From: a virus
Reading direction: 5' to 3' (one strand)
Virus record (IMG/VR): IMGVR_UViG_3300035501_000484
Coordinates: 1-64,000 of that record
Length of the DNA stretch: 64,000 nt
Shown: in pieces, positions 9,079-18,690 of the stretch
Position numbering within the stretch: position 1 is the first letter of the stretch
How the letters are laid out: every line of letters starts with the position of its first letter
Notes under the pieces: model-generated
Database searches by the model: none
What the model was told of the DNA's origin: nothing
Seen by the model: the letters and a program-made list of their open reading frames with translations, nothing else
Translations under genes and position numbers: made by a program

Positions 9079-10188
9079 TCAAAAGATAGATTTAATCGTG
9101 CAATCTTTGATGTCTTTATCCTCCCTCATATATTTAAAAAAGCCATGTCTAATAGTATGTTCAGTTTTAGATTTTTCCATACATTGAATTGCACATACCT
9201 GATTTAAATATTTATCTGGATTCTCTGACATATCTTGTTTCATTTCATCAGATATACCAGAATGAATTATTCCTATATCTTTAAGTTCTTCATTTTCATC
9301 ATATGCTCCAATGTGAATACGAGAATTATGCCAATTTAAATAATAAGGTTTTGTTACTGGAATAACAGATTCTTCTCTATAATGAAAATCAATAGGCAAA
9401 CGAGTTTCTTCTTCATTATCTTTAATCCAATATTGCCATAATTCAATTTCTTTTCCATAATATTCTTTAGTAGGCTCTTCAAATCCTATAATCACTGCGT
9501 CAGCAAAATCAACTTTTTTAGCTTTAAGATTACTATCAGGACGTTTTCCAGGCTCATATATTCCGTCTTTCTTTTTAATAACCATGCCTTCTTCACCTGC
9601 GGCAAGTGCATTTCCTACTCTCTCATAAAGATTATCATACCAGGCTTCCGCCAACTCTAAAAAATCATATTGGTCTAAATTATGAAGTTTAAATATTTTT
9701 TCTAATATTTTATATCTTAATTCATTTCCAACTTTATTGGCTATCAAATCCACTCCTTCATACATTAAAATATCATGGATATAATAATGAATTTTACCCC
9801 AGCCACTTTTCTGACGCAAGATTGCTTTATCTGGTAAACATCCCATAATTTCAGTTACATTCTTTGAACTCCCGCCTGGATAGTATATTTCACCTACTAA
9901 AATTGTATCTACTGGTAAACAATCAAGAGCTTCTGCGATATGAGGAACATTGGCTATTTTTTCTGCTTGTAAACCTGTCTTTTTACTTGAACTACGAGAA
10001 AATAAATATGAATTATTTTGATGTTTTTCAAACTGATACCAATATCCATCTTTCTTTAATTCTCCAAAATAATTTCCACTTTCACAAGCAGATTGGAGTT
10101 GACTATCAGTAGATTTATGAATTAGCATAGCTTCATACATTATCGCCTCTGGATATAATTCTTGAATTTTGTTTTTATCAAATGCCAT
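9079..10188 (-). CDS. ATP-dependent DNA ligase-like nucleotidyltransferase
   Basis: Motif I KxDG in FGELKKDGYWYQF. 369 aa, similar in size to T7-type ATP-dependent DNA ligases. Confidence 0.55.
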   Translation of the reverse strand: MAFDKNKIQELYPEAIMYEAMLIHKSTDSQLQSACESGNYFGELKKDGYWYQFEKHQNNSYLFSRSSSKKTGLQAEKIANVPHIAEALDCLPVDTILVGEIYYPGGSSKNVTEIMGCLPDKAILRQKSGWGKIHYYIHDILMYEGVDLIANKVGNELRYKILEKIFKLHNLDQYDFLELAEAWYDNLYERVGNALAAGEEGMVIKKKDGIYEPGKRPDSNLKAKKVDFADAVIIGFEEPTKEYYGKEIELWQYWIKDNEEETRLPIDFHYREESVIPVTKPYYLNWHNSRIHIGAYDENEELKDIGIIHSGISDEMKQDMSENPDKYLNQVCAIQCMEKSKTEHTIRHGFFKYMREDKDIKDCTIKSIF

Positions 10189-10216
10189 TTTATTCTCCTT
10201 TAAGTCTGCGGCAGCT

Positions 10217-12556
10217 CTATAGCTTAACCGCAGATATTACATTACTTTTAACCATTATATTTCCCATACTAATTCTATTTAATAAAGGAATTTCAGTAGC
10301 TTTAATACATATTGAATTAGGTTTTCCTACTAAAAGAATATTATCTTCATCATTTATCATTAAAGCTCCTGCTATATTACCTGTAACGCCACTAGGTTTA
10401 TAAACCATAACTCCTTTACCGCCTCGTTGTTGAAGAGGAAATTCTTCTAATGAACATTTTTTAGCATAACCTTTTTCAGTAAAGATAGCTAAATAATCTG
10501 TATCCTTATGAATAGGTAAACCAATTAATACTTCATCAGTATCATTAAGTTTAATAGACTTAACTCCTGCGGTTACTCGACCAATAGCTGCTATCTCATT
10601 GGTTGTAAAATGAATAGACATACCTTCCTTAGTCACAACTATAATTTCTTCATCTGCAATAAAAGTTACATTAGCTAAAGCGTCGCCTTCTTTAATATTG
10701 ATAGCTGCAATTCCCGTACTTCTTTTTACTTTTGTATATTCATCTAATGAAGTCTTTTTGATAAGACCTCTCTTAGTAAAGAATACTACATATTTAGCAC
10801 TAGTTTGATGTTGTAGAGAGGTTGCCGCCACTATTTTTTCATCTGGTTCAATATTAATAAGATTTCTTACATTTATTCCTTTTGATGAATTAGTTCCAAC
10901 AGGCACATTATCTATTAATAATTTATACATTTTACCTTTTGAAGTAAATAATAATAAGTTATCAATAGTATTTGTAGAAATAGAAGTTAAAATAGCCTCA
11001 TCTTCATTTTTAACCCCCTTGCCGCCTCTTCTTTGAGTCTTAAATGAAGTTTTAGGAATACGCTTTATATCACCAGTTTGGGTAAGAATAACAACTACAT
11101 CTTCTGGGATAACTTCCGCAATTTCTTTTTCTTCTTTTGGAACTTCAATTTGTGCAAGTTCTGTTCTTCTAGCATCACCATATTTATTTACAAGAGATTG
11201 AAGTCTTTCTCTTAAAATACTTTCTTTTCTTGATTGACTTGCAATAATTTCATTTAAATCAGTTATTTTATTTTCCAGTTCATTCTTCTCTTGATTTAAT
11301 TCAACTTTCTCTAATTTAGCTAAACTACTTAATCTCATAGCTAAAATTGCTTTAGCTTGATTTTCAGTAAAATGATATTTTATCATTAAATATTCTTTAG
11401 CCATTGCCGCGCTTTCAGATTTCTTTATTAAAGCTATAATATTATCTATATCTTCAAGAGCCTTAATTAAGCCATTTACTATTTCCAATCTATCTGTAGC
11501 TTTTTTTAAATCAAATTCAGCTTCTTTTTGTATGCAATTAATATTATGTTCAATATATATTTTAATACAATCAATTAAATTTAATTCAACTGGTGTTTTA
11601 TCAATTAAAGCTACTTGATTGTATGAAATTGAAGTTTGAAGATTAGTTTTACTATAAAGTTTCATAGCTATAGAATCAAGATTTACGCCTTTCTCACATT
11701 CTATAACAATTCTAATTCCTTTTTTATTACTTTCATCACGAATTTCAGATATACCTTCAATCTCTTTTGCATCACAAACTTTACTTATTTCATCTAATAA
11801 TCCTTCAATAGTAGTGCCATAAGGAATTTCATAGAATACTATATTCTGCTTTTCAGTTTTATATTTTCCTCTAATTTTTACACTTCCATGCCCAGTTTTC
11901 ATAATCTCAGGAATATCATTTTTATTTATTATAATTCCGCCAGTTGGAAAATCAGGACCTGCTAAAGTAACCTCTTTTCCATCTATATAATCATATATAG
12001 CTTGAGCAACTTCATTTAAATTATGCGGCAACCAATTACAAGCCATTGCTACTCCGATACCTGTATTTGGATTACAAAGAAGATTAGGAAAAGTTGCGGG
12101 AAGAGTTACAGGCTCATCAAGGGTTTCATCAAAATTAACTGTAAAATCAACATTTCTCTTTTTAATTCCAGCTAACATTCCATCTTCCGCAAGTTTAGAT
12201 AATCTTGCCTCTGTATATCGCATTGCGGCAGCCCCATCACCTGATATATTTCCATTACTTCCATGCCAATCTATAAGCGGATAACGCATAACCCAATTCT
12301 GAGATAATCTAGTCATTGCGCCATATATACTTGAGTCTCCATGAGGATGATATTTACCCATTACATCTCCAACAATTCTAGCAGCTTTTACATGAGGTTT
12401 AGAAAATAATCTTCCTTCTTCAAATGCAGACCATAAAATTCTCTTTGCTACTGGCTTTAATCCAGATTTTGCATCTGGAATAGCTCGGTCCGTGTTGACA
12501 GCAACCGCGTATTCAATAAAGTTTGTACCAAGCTCTTGTTTAACATCATTCTTCAT
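10217..12556 (-). CDS. type II DNA topoisomerase, GyrA/ParC-like subunit
   Basis: DGLKPVAKRILW and YHPHGD motifs in the N-terminus; 779 aa. Confidence 0.85.
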   Translation of the reverse strand: MKNDVKQELGTNFIEYAVAVNTDRAIPDAKSGLKPVAKRILWSAFEEGRLFSKPHVKAARIVGDVMGKYHPHGDSSIYGAMTRLSQNWVMRYPLIDWHGSNGNISGDGAAAMRYTEARLSKLAEDGMLAGIKKRNVDFTVNFDETLDEPVTLPATFPNLLCNPNTGIGVAMACNWLPHNLNEVAQAIYDYIDGKEVTLAGPDFPTGGIIINKNDIPEIMKTGHGSVKIRGKYKTEKQNIVFYEIPYGTTIEGLLDEISKVCDAKEIEGISEIRDESNKKGIRIVIECEKGVNLDSIAMKLYSKTNLQTSISYNQVALIDKTPVELNLIDCIKIYIEHNINCIQKEAEFDLKKATDRLEIVNGLIKALEDIDNIIALIKKSESAAMAKEYLMIKYHFTENQAKAILAMRLSSLAKLEKVELNQEKNELENKITDLNEIIASQSRKESILRERLQSLVNKYGDARRTELAQIEVPKEEKEIAEVIPEDVVVILTQTGDIKRIPKTSFKTQRRGGKGVKNEDEAILTSISTNTIDNLLLFTSKGKMYKLLIDNVPVGTNSSKGINVRNLINIEPDEKIVAATSLQHQTSAKYVVFFTKRGLIKKTSLDEYTKVKRSTGIAAINIKEGDALANVTFIADEEIIVVTKEGMSIHFTTNEIAAIGRVTAGVKSIKLNDTDEVLIGLPIHKDTDYLAIFTEKGYAKKCSLEEFPLQQRGGKGVMVYKPSGVTGNIAGALMINDEDNILLVGKPNSICIKATEIPLLNRISMGNIMVKSNVISAVKL

Positions 12557-14444
12557 TATAAGTAGCCTCCTTACTATGCTCTTTAATATAGGCTTTACGT
12601 GCTGTCACACCATTTCCCATTAATTGTTCAAAAAGAATATTTGTTGCATCTACATCTTCTACAGTAATTTGTTTAATAATGCGTTGGTCTGGCTTCGTTA
12701 GAGTTTCTTCCGTCTCTTCAACGCTCATCTCACCGAGGCCCTTCATACGATTAACCAAATATTTTTTACCTTGATTAGCTTTTCTAAACTCTTCAAGCGC
12801 TTCATCATTTTTAAGATATTTATATTCTTTTCCTATTGTAATTTTATAAAGAGGTGGAACACCTGCATAAACATATCCATCTATAATAAGTTCTGGGCAA
12901 AAATTCCATATAAATGTATAGAATAGATTCTTAATATGGGCGCCATCTACGTCTCCATCACTCATGATTATAATTTTCCCATACCGCAAATCTTCTTTAT
13001 CATATGTAACTTTCATAGTTTTAGGGTCAATATGTAATCCAAAAGCATCAATCATTGTCATAATTTCAGCGTTTTTTTGTATCTGTGCAAGACTAGCTTT
13101 TTGGGTATTCAATATTTTACCTCTTACTGGCATTACAGCTTGATATTTATTATCACGAGCCATCTTTAAGTTTCCTGAGGCTGAATCACCTTCCACTATA
13201 TATATCTCACAACTTAATCTATCTTTCGAATAGCAATCTGCAAGTTTACTATCAAATTTTAAAACTTTCTCTTTCTTTTTCTTTTCTTTATCTCTAACAG
13301 CTTCTCTAGCTTTCTTTGCGGCTTCCCTCGCTTTGCGAGCATTAATCGACTTATCCGCAACTTCTTTTATTTCTTTCTCATTAGCCGCAAACCAAACTTG
13401 AAGATTTTCTACAAGAGCTTGTATAAATGGTTTTGTATCAATACGAGTTACTCTGCTCTTTACCTGAGCATCATAAGCTACGCTAGGAGCTGTCATATTA
13501 AATACTATATACATCCCCTCTTGAATATCATCACCAGTTAAATTTTCATCTTTTTCTTTAAGCCATTTCTTCTCTCTAAAAAATTTATTAAATTCTCTAG
13601 TTAAAGCTGTTTTTAATTGAGTTATATGTGGACCAGATTCAGTTAAACCTGTATTTACATATGGAACAATAGTAGAAGAATAATTTGATGTATATGTTAA
13701 TACCATATCCATTTTATTCTTACCATCGACAAAATTCATACTAAAACGATTTTTAATAATTTCTTTATCTTTTGTTGCTTCATCTACTAAATCATTTAAT
13801 CCATTTTCTGAATAGAAATCTGTAATTTCTTTATTATAATCAAGATGAATAGTTAGACCTGGGCATAGACATACGATTGTTTTAAACAAAGATTTAATTT
13901 TACTAATATCCACCTCTGTATGTGTAAAAAATTCTTCGCTAGGTTTCCAAGTAACAACTGTACCATTTTCTTTTGACCAAGGACCAGTAACTCTATTTGC
14001 AAAAACACCTTCTTCAAAAATAATCTTTTCATATTGATTACCTCTGTGTGTTTCAACTATTAACCAATGACTTAAAAAAGTAGTAATTTTACTACCAATA
14101 CCAAATGAACCTAATGAAGTTCCTTCATATGTGCCATCTTCTCTATACTTACCAGATGTATTTAATACACTAAATGCTGCTTCAAGAATAGTTTTACCAT
14201 CTTCTCTAAATGAATTAGGAATGAAGCCTTGTCCATAATCTTGAACTGTAATTTCATCTTTATCTATTGTCACATCTATTTTATTTCCATTACCTAGTCT
14301 AAATTCATCAACAGCATTAGAAACTATTTCAACTAATAATTGTGTAGAATATGTTGTATCTCCTGCATATACACCAGGTCGAAGTCTTGTAAATTCAAGA
14401 GGCGATAAACTTTCAATACTATCTTCGTTATATAACTTTGACAT
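12546..14444 (-). CDS. type II DNA topoisomerase, GyrB-like ATPase/Toprim subunit
   Basis: GHKL ATPase region (LLVEIVSNAVDE) and Toprim YIVEGDSASG; 632 aa, adjacent to the A subunit. Confidence 0.85.
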   Translation of the reverse strand: MSKLYNEDSIESLSPLEFTRLRPGVYAGDTTYSTQLLVEIVSNAVDEFRLGNGNKIDVTIDKDEITVQDYGQGFIPNSFREDGKTILEAAFSVLNTSGKYREDGTYEGTSLGSFGIGSKITTFLSHWLIVETHRGNQYEKIIFEEGVFANRVTGPWSKENGTVVTWKPSEEFFTHTEVDISKIKSLFKTIVCLCPGLTIHLDYNKEITDFYSENGLNDLVDEATKDKEIIKNRFSMNFVDGKNKMDMVLTYTSNYSSTIVPYVNTGLTESGPHITQLKTALTREFNKFFREKKWLKEKDENLTGDDIQEGMYIVFNMTAPSVAYDAQVKSRVTRIDTKPFIQALVENLQVWFAANEKEIKEVADKSINARKAREAAKKAREAVRDKEKKKKEKVLKFDSKLADCYSKDRLSCEIYIVEGDSASGNLKMARDNKYQAVMPVRGKILNTQKASLAQIQKNAEIMTMIDAFGLHIDPKTMKVTYDKEDLRYGKIIIMSDGDVDGAHIKNLFYTFIWNFCPELIIDGYVYAGVPPLYKITIGKEYKYLKNDEALEEFRKANQGKKYLVNRMKGLGEMSVEETEETLTKPDQRIIKQITVEDVDATNILFEQLMGNGVTARKAYIKEHSKEATYNEE

Positions 14445-14476
14445 TCTTACAATCCTTTCTTAATTTATTATAATTA

Positions 14477-14505
14477 ATTATATCATACTTTATAAAATTA
14501 GTCAA
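14477..14505 (-). promoter_or_regulatory. consensus promoter TTGACT, 17 nt spacer, TATAAT
   Basis: Minus strand reads TTGACTAATTTTATAAAGTATGATATAAT, upstream of the GyrB-like gene. Confidence 0.55.
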
Positions 14506-14999
14506 TTTTTTATATTAATTCTTGTTAAAGTAGTATTATTTATAATTTTGGCAATTTTAATTTTATTATTAGTAGCAAGTGCATCTGCAAGCTCATTTTC
14601 TAAAATTCCACAATGAGATTTACAATGGATTACTTGACAATTAAAAAAATCTATAGTAAGATAATTATAAAGAGATTTAATTAAATCAATATTTTCTATT
14701 TGTTTCTTTTTGCTATTTATCCAATTATTTTTTGCCCATGAATATATCCATGAATTACATATATTAACACAATATGCTGAATCTGAATATATTAAACAAG
14801 TTTCATTTTTAAATTTAGTTTGTGCTAATTCAAAAGCTAAAAGAATAGCTTTTAATTCAGCTTGATTATTAGTAATAAGAGGCTCTTGAACATTTTCACA
14901 ATCAATTATTGTTTGAGTTTCTTTATCTTTTACTACAATGGCATAACCACCTGGACCAGGATTACCTTTACTACTTCCATCAGTATAAATTTCTATCAT
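14502..14999 (-). CDS. ribonuclease H (RNase HI family)
   Basis: MIEIYTDGSSKGNPGPGGYAIVV is the canonical RNase H N-terminus. Confidence 0.8.
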   Translation of the reverse strand: MIEIYTDGSSKGNPGPGGYAIVVKDKETQTIIDCENVQEPLITNNQAELKAILLAFELAQTKFKNETCLIYSDSAYCVNICNSWIYSWAKNNWINSKKKQIENIDLIKSLYNYLTIDFFNCQVIHCKSHCGILENELADALATNNKIKIAKIINNTTLTRINIKN

Positions 15000-15060
15000 T
15001 TTTTAAACTGTCCTTTTCTATTTTATAATAATTGAGTAAGCTATTTTTTATTTCATTTTT

Positions 15061-15089
15061 ATTATAATATAATTTTTGAAGAAAGTCAA
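15061..15089 (-). promoter_or_regulatory. consensus promoter TTGACT, 17 nt spacer, TATAAT
   Basis: Minus strand reads TTGACTTTCTTCAAAAATTATATTATAAT, upstream of the RNase H gene. Confidence 0.5.
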
Positions 15090-15120
15090 GTCCTTTTACT
15101 AAAAATTAGTTAAAATAAAT

Positions 15121-15156
15121 AAAAAAAATAAGTGAGTAGCAAAATGCTACTCACTT
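15121..15156 (-). terminator. rho-independent terminator after the endolysin gene
   Basis: aagtgagtagc-aaaat-gctactcactt hairpin followed on the minus strand by an 8-9 nt U-run. Confidence 0.6.
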
Positions 15157-15159
15157 ATA

Positions 15160-15933
15160 TTACACTTTCTCAGTATACTTTAAAGAAATCCAACCGGCAC
15201 CTGATTTTAACTTACCCCAACCATTATTTTCTTGAACAATAGTATAAGTACCTTTATCAGTAATTTTACCAACAATAGGATAAGTAGTCCCAGCACCACT
15301 TCTAATATTTAAAATACTTGCGGTTACCTTGACTTTATACGCGGAAGTTGAGGTAGAAGAAACTTTAGCTGGAGTTGAAGTTGCACTAACCGACACCCCG
15401 CTTAATTTATTTGTTACCTCTTGTGCTAAATTGCCCATTTTATTATACATCCAATCACCAGGACATGACTTTGCGGCAAACCATCTATGAACTGTTAATA
15501 ACATTTCATCATCTTTTGGAGTATAGTTTAATGCAGTATTTTTATTTTCAATCCAAATTAATTTAGTTTTATTATATCTTTTACAGATATCTATACATAA
15601 ATTAATTAATGAATTATATACTTTATCATTAAAAGCATAAGGGGCGGTTTTATCTGACGCACATTCTATTGTAATAGCCCTTTGGTCATTATCATTATTT
15701 GAACTACACCAAGAACGATTATTTTCATCTACACAAAGAAGAATCCTACCATCTGTGCCTATGCCATAATTACAACTAGCTTGTCTACTTGAATTAGCAA
15801 AAGTATTTCCTAAACTTTCTACACTTAATTGACCTACAACACAATGTGGAGTAATTCTATCAATTTTATGTGTTCTAGTTCCACTATGATTAGGGCTTAA
15901 TTTTGTGTAATTAACTAAACTACTTTTACTCAT
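15160..15933 (-). CDS. endolysin: N-acetylmuramoyl-L-alanine amidase (Amidase_2/PGRP-like) with C-terminal SH3b cell-wall-binding domain
   Basis: NRSWCSS...AITIECASD matches the Amidase_2 signature. The C-terminal ~60 aa (VKVTASILNIRSGAGTTYPIVGKITDKGTYTIV...GWGKL) are SH3b-like. Confidence 0.65.
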   Translation of the reverse strand: MSKSSLVNYTKLSPNHSGTRTHKIDRITPHCVVGQLSVESLGNTFANSSRQASCNYGIGTDGRILLCVDENNRSWCSSNNDNDQRAITIECASDKTAPYAFNDKVYNSLINLCIDICKRYNKTKLIWIENKNTALNYTPKDDEMLLTVHRWFAAKSCPGDWMYNKMGNLAQEVTNKLSGVSVSATSTPAKVSSTSTSAYKVKVTASILNIRSGAGTTYPIVGKITDKGTYTIVQENNGWGKLKSGAGWISLKYTEKV

Positions 15934-15948
15934 ATTAATTCTCCTTAA

Positions 15949-16293
15949 TTATTTATTTATATAATTTTGTAAATTTGAATTTTGTTCTAATATATTTTTA
16001 AATTCGTCTAAAACTTCATCTACTAAATTGCTAAAATATTCAAAAGAAATAATTTTTGAAAGATATGGAAATTTAGTTAAAAACATATTATATACATAAC
16101 TAAGCTTAATTTGTCCAGTCCCTGAACCTAATTCTTTTTCTGCTATAGTTACTGCATAAAGTAACCATTCTTTTATTTTTGCAATTTGTTCTGTTTTTGG
16201 GGTTTTTATAAAAATATAAATTTCATATCCAATTGCAGCAATAGCCGCAATAATTATAATAATTAAAACCCAATTAGAAATTAAAAATTCCAT
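15949..16293 (-). CDS. putative holin (N-terminal TM helix, phage holin_1-like)
   Basis: 114 aa with a single N-terminal TM segment, immediately upstream of the endolysin gene. Confidence 0.45.
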   Translation of the reverse strand: MEFLISNWVLIIIIIAAIAAIGYEIYIFIKTPKTEQIAKIKEWLLYAVTIAEKELGSGTGQIKLSYVYNMFLTKFPYLSKIISFEYFSNLVDEVLDEFKNILEQNSNLQNYINK

Positions 16294-16307
16294 AATATTT
16301 ATCTCCT

Positions 16308-16712
16308 TTATCCTACAATATTATCATTATTATTATTTATTTCAAATTGTTTCATTGCTATATCATATGTAATTCCATTTTTAGTATTTTCTTTAGTAGA
16401 TTTTAAAGCGTAGATAGCAAAAGAAAAAATTTCTCCTATTGTAACTCCTATTAATGTAGTTAATGGAGAAAAATCAGGAGCTAAATTGGTATATTTTGCT
16501 AATTGCAAACTTTGAACAACAGTCCAGCCAGTAAATAATTCAATAATAGTACAATTTATAAATAAAAATAAAATTAATAATTTTGTTGTAGTAATTTTTT
16601 TCTTTTTATGTAATTCTTTTTTTTCTTCATCTATTTTTTGTTGTCTTTTTATTAAATCCTTTTTAGCAGCCCACAGTTCCTCTTCTTTTTTTATTTTTTT
16701 CTCATTTAACAT
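16308..16712 (-). CDS. hypothetical membrane protein (coiled-coil N-terminus plus TM), possible second holin or lysis accessory
   Basis: 134 aa with central hydrophobic segments, in the lysis gene neighbourhood. Confidence 0.3.
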   Translation of the reverse strand: MLNEKKIKKEEELWAAKKDLIKRQQKIDEEKKELHKKKKITTTKLLILFLFINCTIIELFTGWTVVQSLQLAKYTNLAPDFSPLTTLIGVTIGEIFSFAIYALKSTKENTKNGITYDIAMKQFEINNNNDNIVG

Positions 16713-16824
16713 AAATGTGATATCTCCATTTTTTTTAAATATAAACTTTTATAAGAAATATTAAATTCATTTTAGATAAATTAATCACTTTTGCCAAATA
16801 AAAAAAAGAAGTTAATATAAAATA

Positions 16825-17109
16825 TTAACTTCTTATTTTATTAATTTTTTCTTGTAATTCTTTACTATTGCCAGTTCCGCTATGTCCAAATATCATGCCA
16901 ATAACACTAATTACTCCACATATTAAAGGAATTGAATCTGGGCTAATATTAATATGTAATAAAGCTAATCCAGCACAAAAAGTTACTCCAAAAATTTTCT
17001 TAATGAATATTCCAATTATCCAGCCTTCAGCAAAAGATAAAATAGAAATAATTATAGCACAAAGAATTATTGCAATAACCATAATTAGAAAAATAGCAAA
17101 TATTTCCAT
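16825..17109 (-). CDS. hypothetical small membrane protein
   Basis: 94 aa with two TM segments; terminator hairpin at its 3' end (16807-16834). Confidence 0.3.
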   Translation of the reverse strand: MEIFAIFLIMVIAIILCAIIISILSFAEGWIIGIFIKKIFGVTFCAGLALLHINISPDSIPLICGVISVIGMIFGHSGTGNSKELQEKINKIRS

Positions 17110-17114
17110 TTATT

Positions 17115-17648
17115 TTAATAAGCTCCTTTCTTATTGATATCTTCAATAATAGTATTTAAATTAACAGGATAGCAATTGTGGGCATCCATATTTACATTAT
17201 AAGTATGTGGCACGTCGCTCCATTTATTTTGACTATGAGTATGTCCATGCAGGCTATAAATAAATTTCTTTTCACCCATATTTGCAACTAATTGCGGATA
17301 ATGACTTAAAACAAAAGTTTTTTTACCTACTTTAATACGATATCCCATTTGAACATCTTTAATGTTTTTAATAGTTTTGAATAACTTCTCGCGGGTATCC
17401 GTATCATGGTTCCCTAGAGCTAAAATAATATTCCCATTAAGTTGGCTTAATAATTTTAAACCTTCTTCATTATTGCCTAGCATAACATCTCCAAGATGAT
17501 ACACAATATCATTATATCCTACAACAGAGTTCCATCTTTCAATAATTGTTTCATTCATTTCTTCAATACTATTAAAACCACGTGGCTTCCAGATAAAATC
17601 CTTATTATGCGCCAAATGAGTGTCACTAGTAAGCCAAATTTCTGACAT
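17115..17648 (-). CDS. calcineurin-like metallophosphoesterase, candidate RNA 3'-end healing phosphoesterase
   Basis: DTHLAHN, GDV and GNHD metallophosphoesterase motifs. Immediately downstream of the Pnk-like kinase, in the domain order seen in bacterial Pnkp. Confidence 0.6.
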   Translation of the reverse strand: MSEIWLTSDTHLAHNKDFIWKPRGFNSIEEMNETIIERWNSVVGYNDIVYHLGDVMLGNNEEGLKLLSQLNGNIILALGNHDTDTREKLFKTIKNIKDVQMGYRIKVGKKTFVLSHYPQLVANMGEKKFIYSLHGHTHSQNKWSDVPHTYNVNMDAHNCYPVNLNTIIEDINKKGAY

Positions 17649-17666
17649 TTTTATTCCTCCTTATAA

Positions 17667-18188
17667 TTAATTAATATAAATTTCATCTTTAATAATATTA
17701 GCGTTTATACGACATTGAATAGGTTTATTATCTTCAATTATATAAATTTTGTTAAATCCTTCATCAAAATCTGGTGCTTCAATATTACCATACATGCGGC
17801 GAAGCTGGTTTTCAGGAACATATGACCGAGTTCCCGCGCGATTTGCATTTCTATTGATGCACTCTTCTAATGGAGTTTTTATCCATATAACTTCAATTGA
17901 ACTAGGCTTGACTGTAATATTTCTTAATAACTTATTTCTTGAACTTCTATTTAAATGAGTTGCATCTGCAAAAACATTATATCCAGCTTTTAAATTCTCA
18001 TTAATTTGTCTTATATATTCTGTATATACTTGCTTTTCTTTTGAAAAATATTCTTCATCTTCTGACACCATAGAAAATCTAATTTCGTCACGAGAAATAT
18101 ATTTATCAGTTTCAATATTTATATGATTTCGAGTCCATGTGCTTTTCCCAGCACCTGGGCATCCCATTAACATATATAAATTACTCAT
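17667..18188 (-). CDS. T4 Pnk-like polynucleotide 5'-kinase domain protein
   Basis: MLMGCPGAGKSTWTRNH...ISRDEIRFSMV...RNANRAGTRSYVPENQLRRMY is closely parallel to the T4 Pnk kinase domain (GCPGSGKSTWA...NRDDYRQSIM...RNSKRGTKAVPIDVLRSMY). Confidence 0.7.
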   Translation of the reverse strand: MSNLYMLMGCPGAGKSTWTRNHINIETDKYISRDEIRFSMVSEDEEYFSKEKQVYTEYIRQINENLKAGYNVFADATHLNRSSRNKLLRNITVKPSSIEVIWIKTPLEECINRNANRAGTRSYVPENQLRRMYGNIEAPDFDEGFNKIYIIEDNKPIQCRINANIIKDEIYIN

Positions 18189-18189
18189 A

Positions 18190-18591
18190 TTACCAACCTC
18201 TATTCAATAAATTTTTTGTTTCATCATTAGGATTTTCTTTTAAAATTCGATGCCCGCATGAATAATCACCTTTTGAGTTCCAACATTTACCAGACTTGTT
18301 ATATTCACAATCTGTCTTTGAACAACTTAATAATTCTGCTACAGGAACTTTTTCTCCATTTACAAATCTACCTAAGCGGAACTCTTCTTGAAAATCTTCT
18401 AATCTATATGCTCCGAAAGGGCGAATTTCCGCGTGATTAGTCTCTTTTTGACAATTTAAACAAAATATTCTTTTCAAATGACCAGCTTCTCTTTGTTTAC
18501 CAACTTGTCGAGGCACCATTACACCTTCTTTTCCGCACTCAGTACAAAACATTCTACTAATTGTAAAACCATTGTTGTTCTTTTTCCCCAT
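18190..18591 (-). CDS. hypothetical zinc-ribbon protein
   Basis: CTECGKEG...CLNCQKETNH plus further Cys/His residues; 133 aa. Confidence 0.3.
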   Translation of the reverse strand: MGKKNNNGFTISRMFCTECGKEGVMVPRQVGKQREAGHLKRIFCLNCQKETNHAEIRPFGAYRLEDFQEEFRLGRFVNGEKVPVAELLSCSKTDCEYNKSGKCWNSKGDYSCGHRILKENPNDETKNLLNRGW

Positions 18592-18650
18592 TTATTATCA
18601 TACCTTCTTTTTCTTATTTTATAAATATATTATATAATATTTTTTTAATA

Positions 18651-18682
18651 AAATCAAAAAGAATGATATTTCTATCATTCTT
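18651..18682 (-). terminator. rho-independent terminator after the MVP-like gene
   Basis: aagaatgata-tttc-tatcattctt hairpin followed on the minus strand by TTTTTGATTT. Confidence 0.55.
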
Positions 18683-18690
18683 TTGTCATT

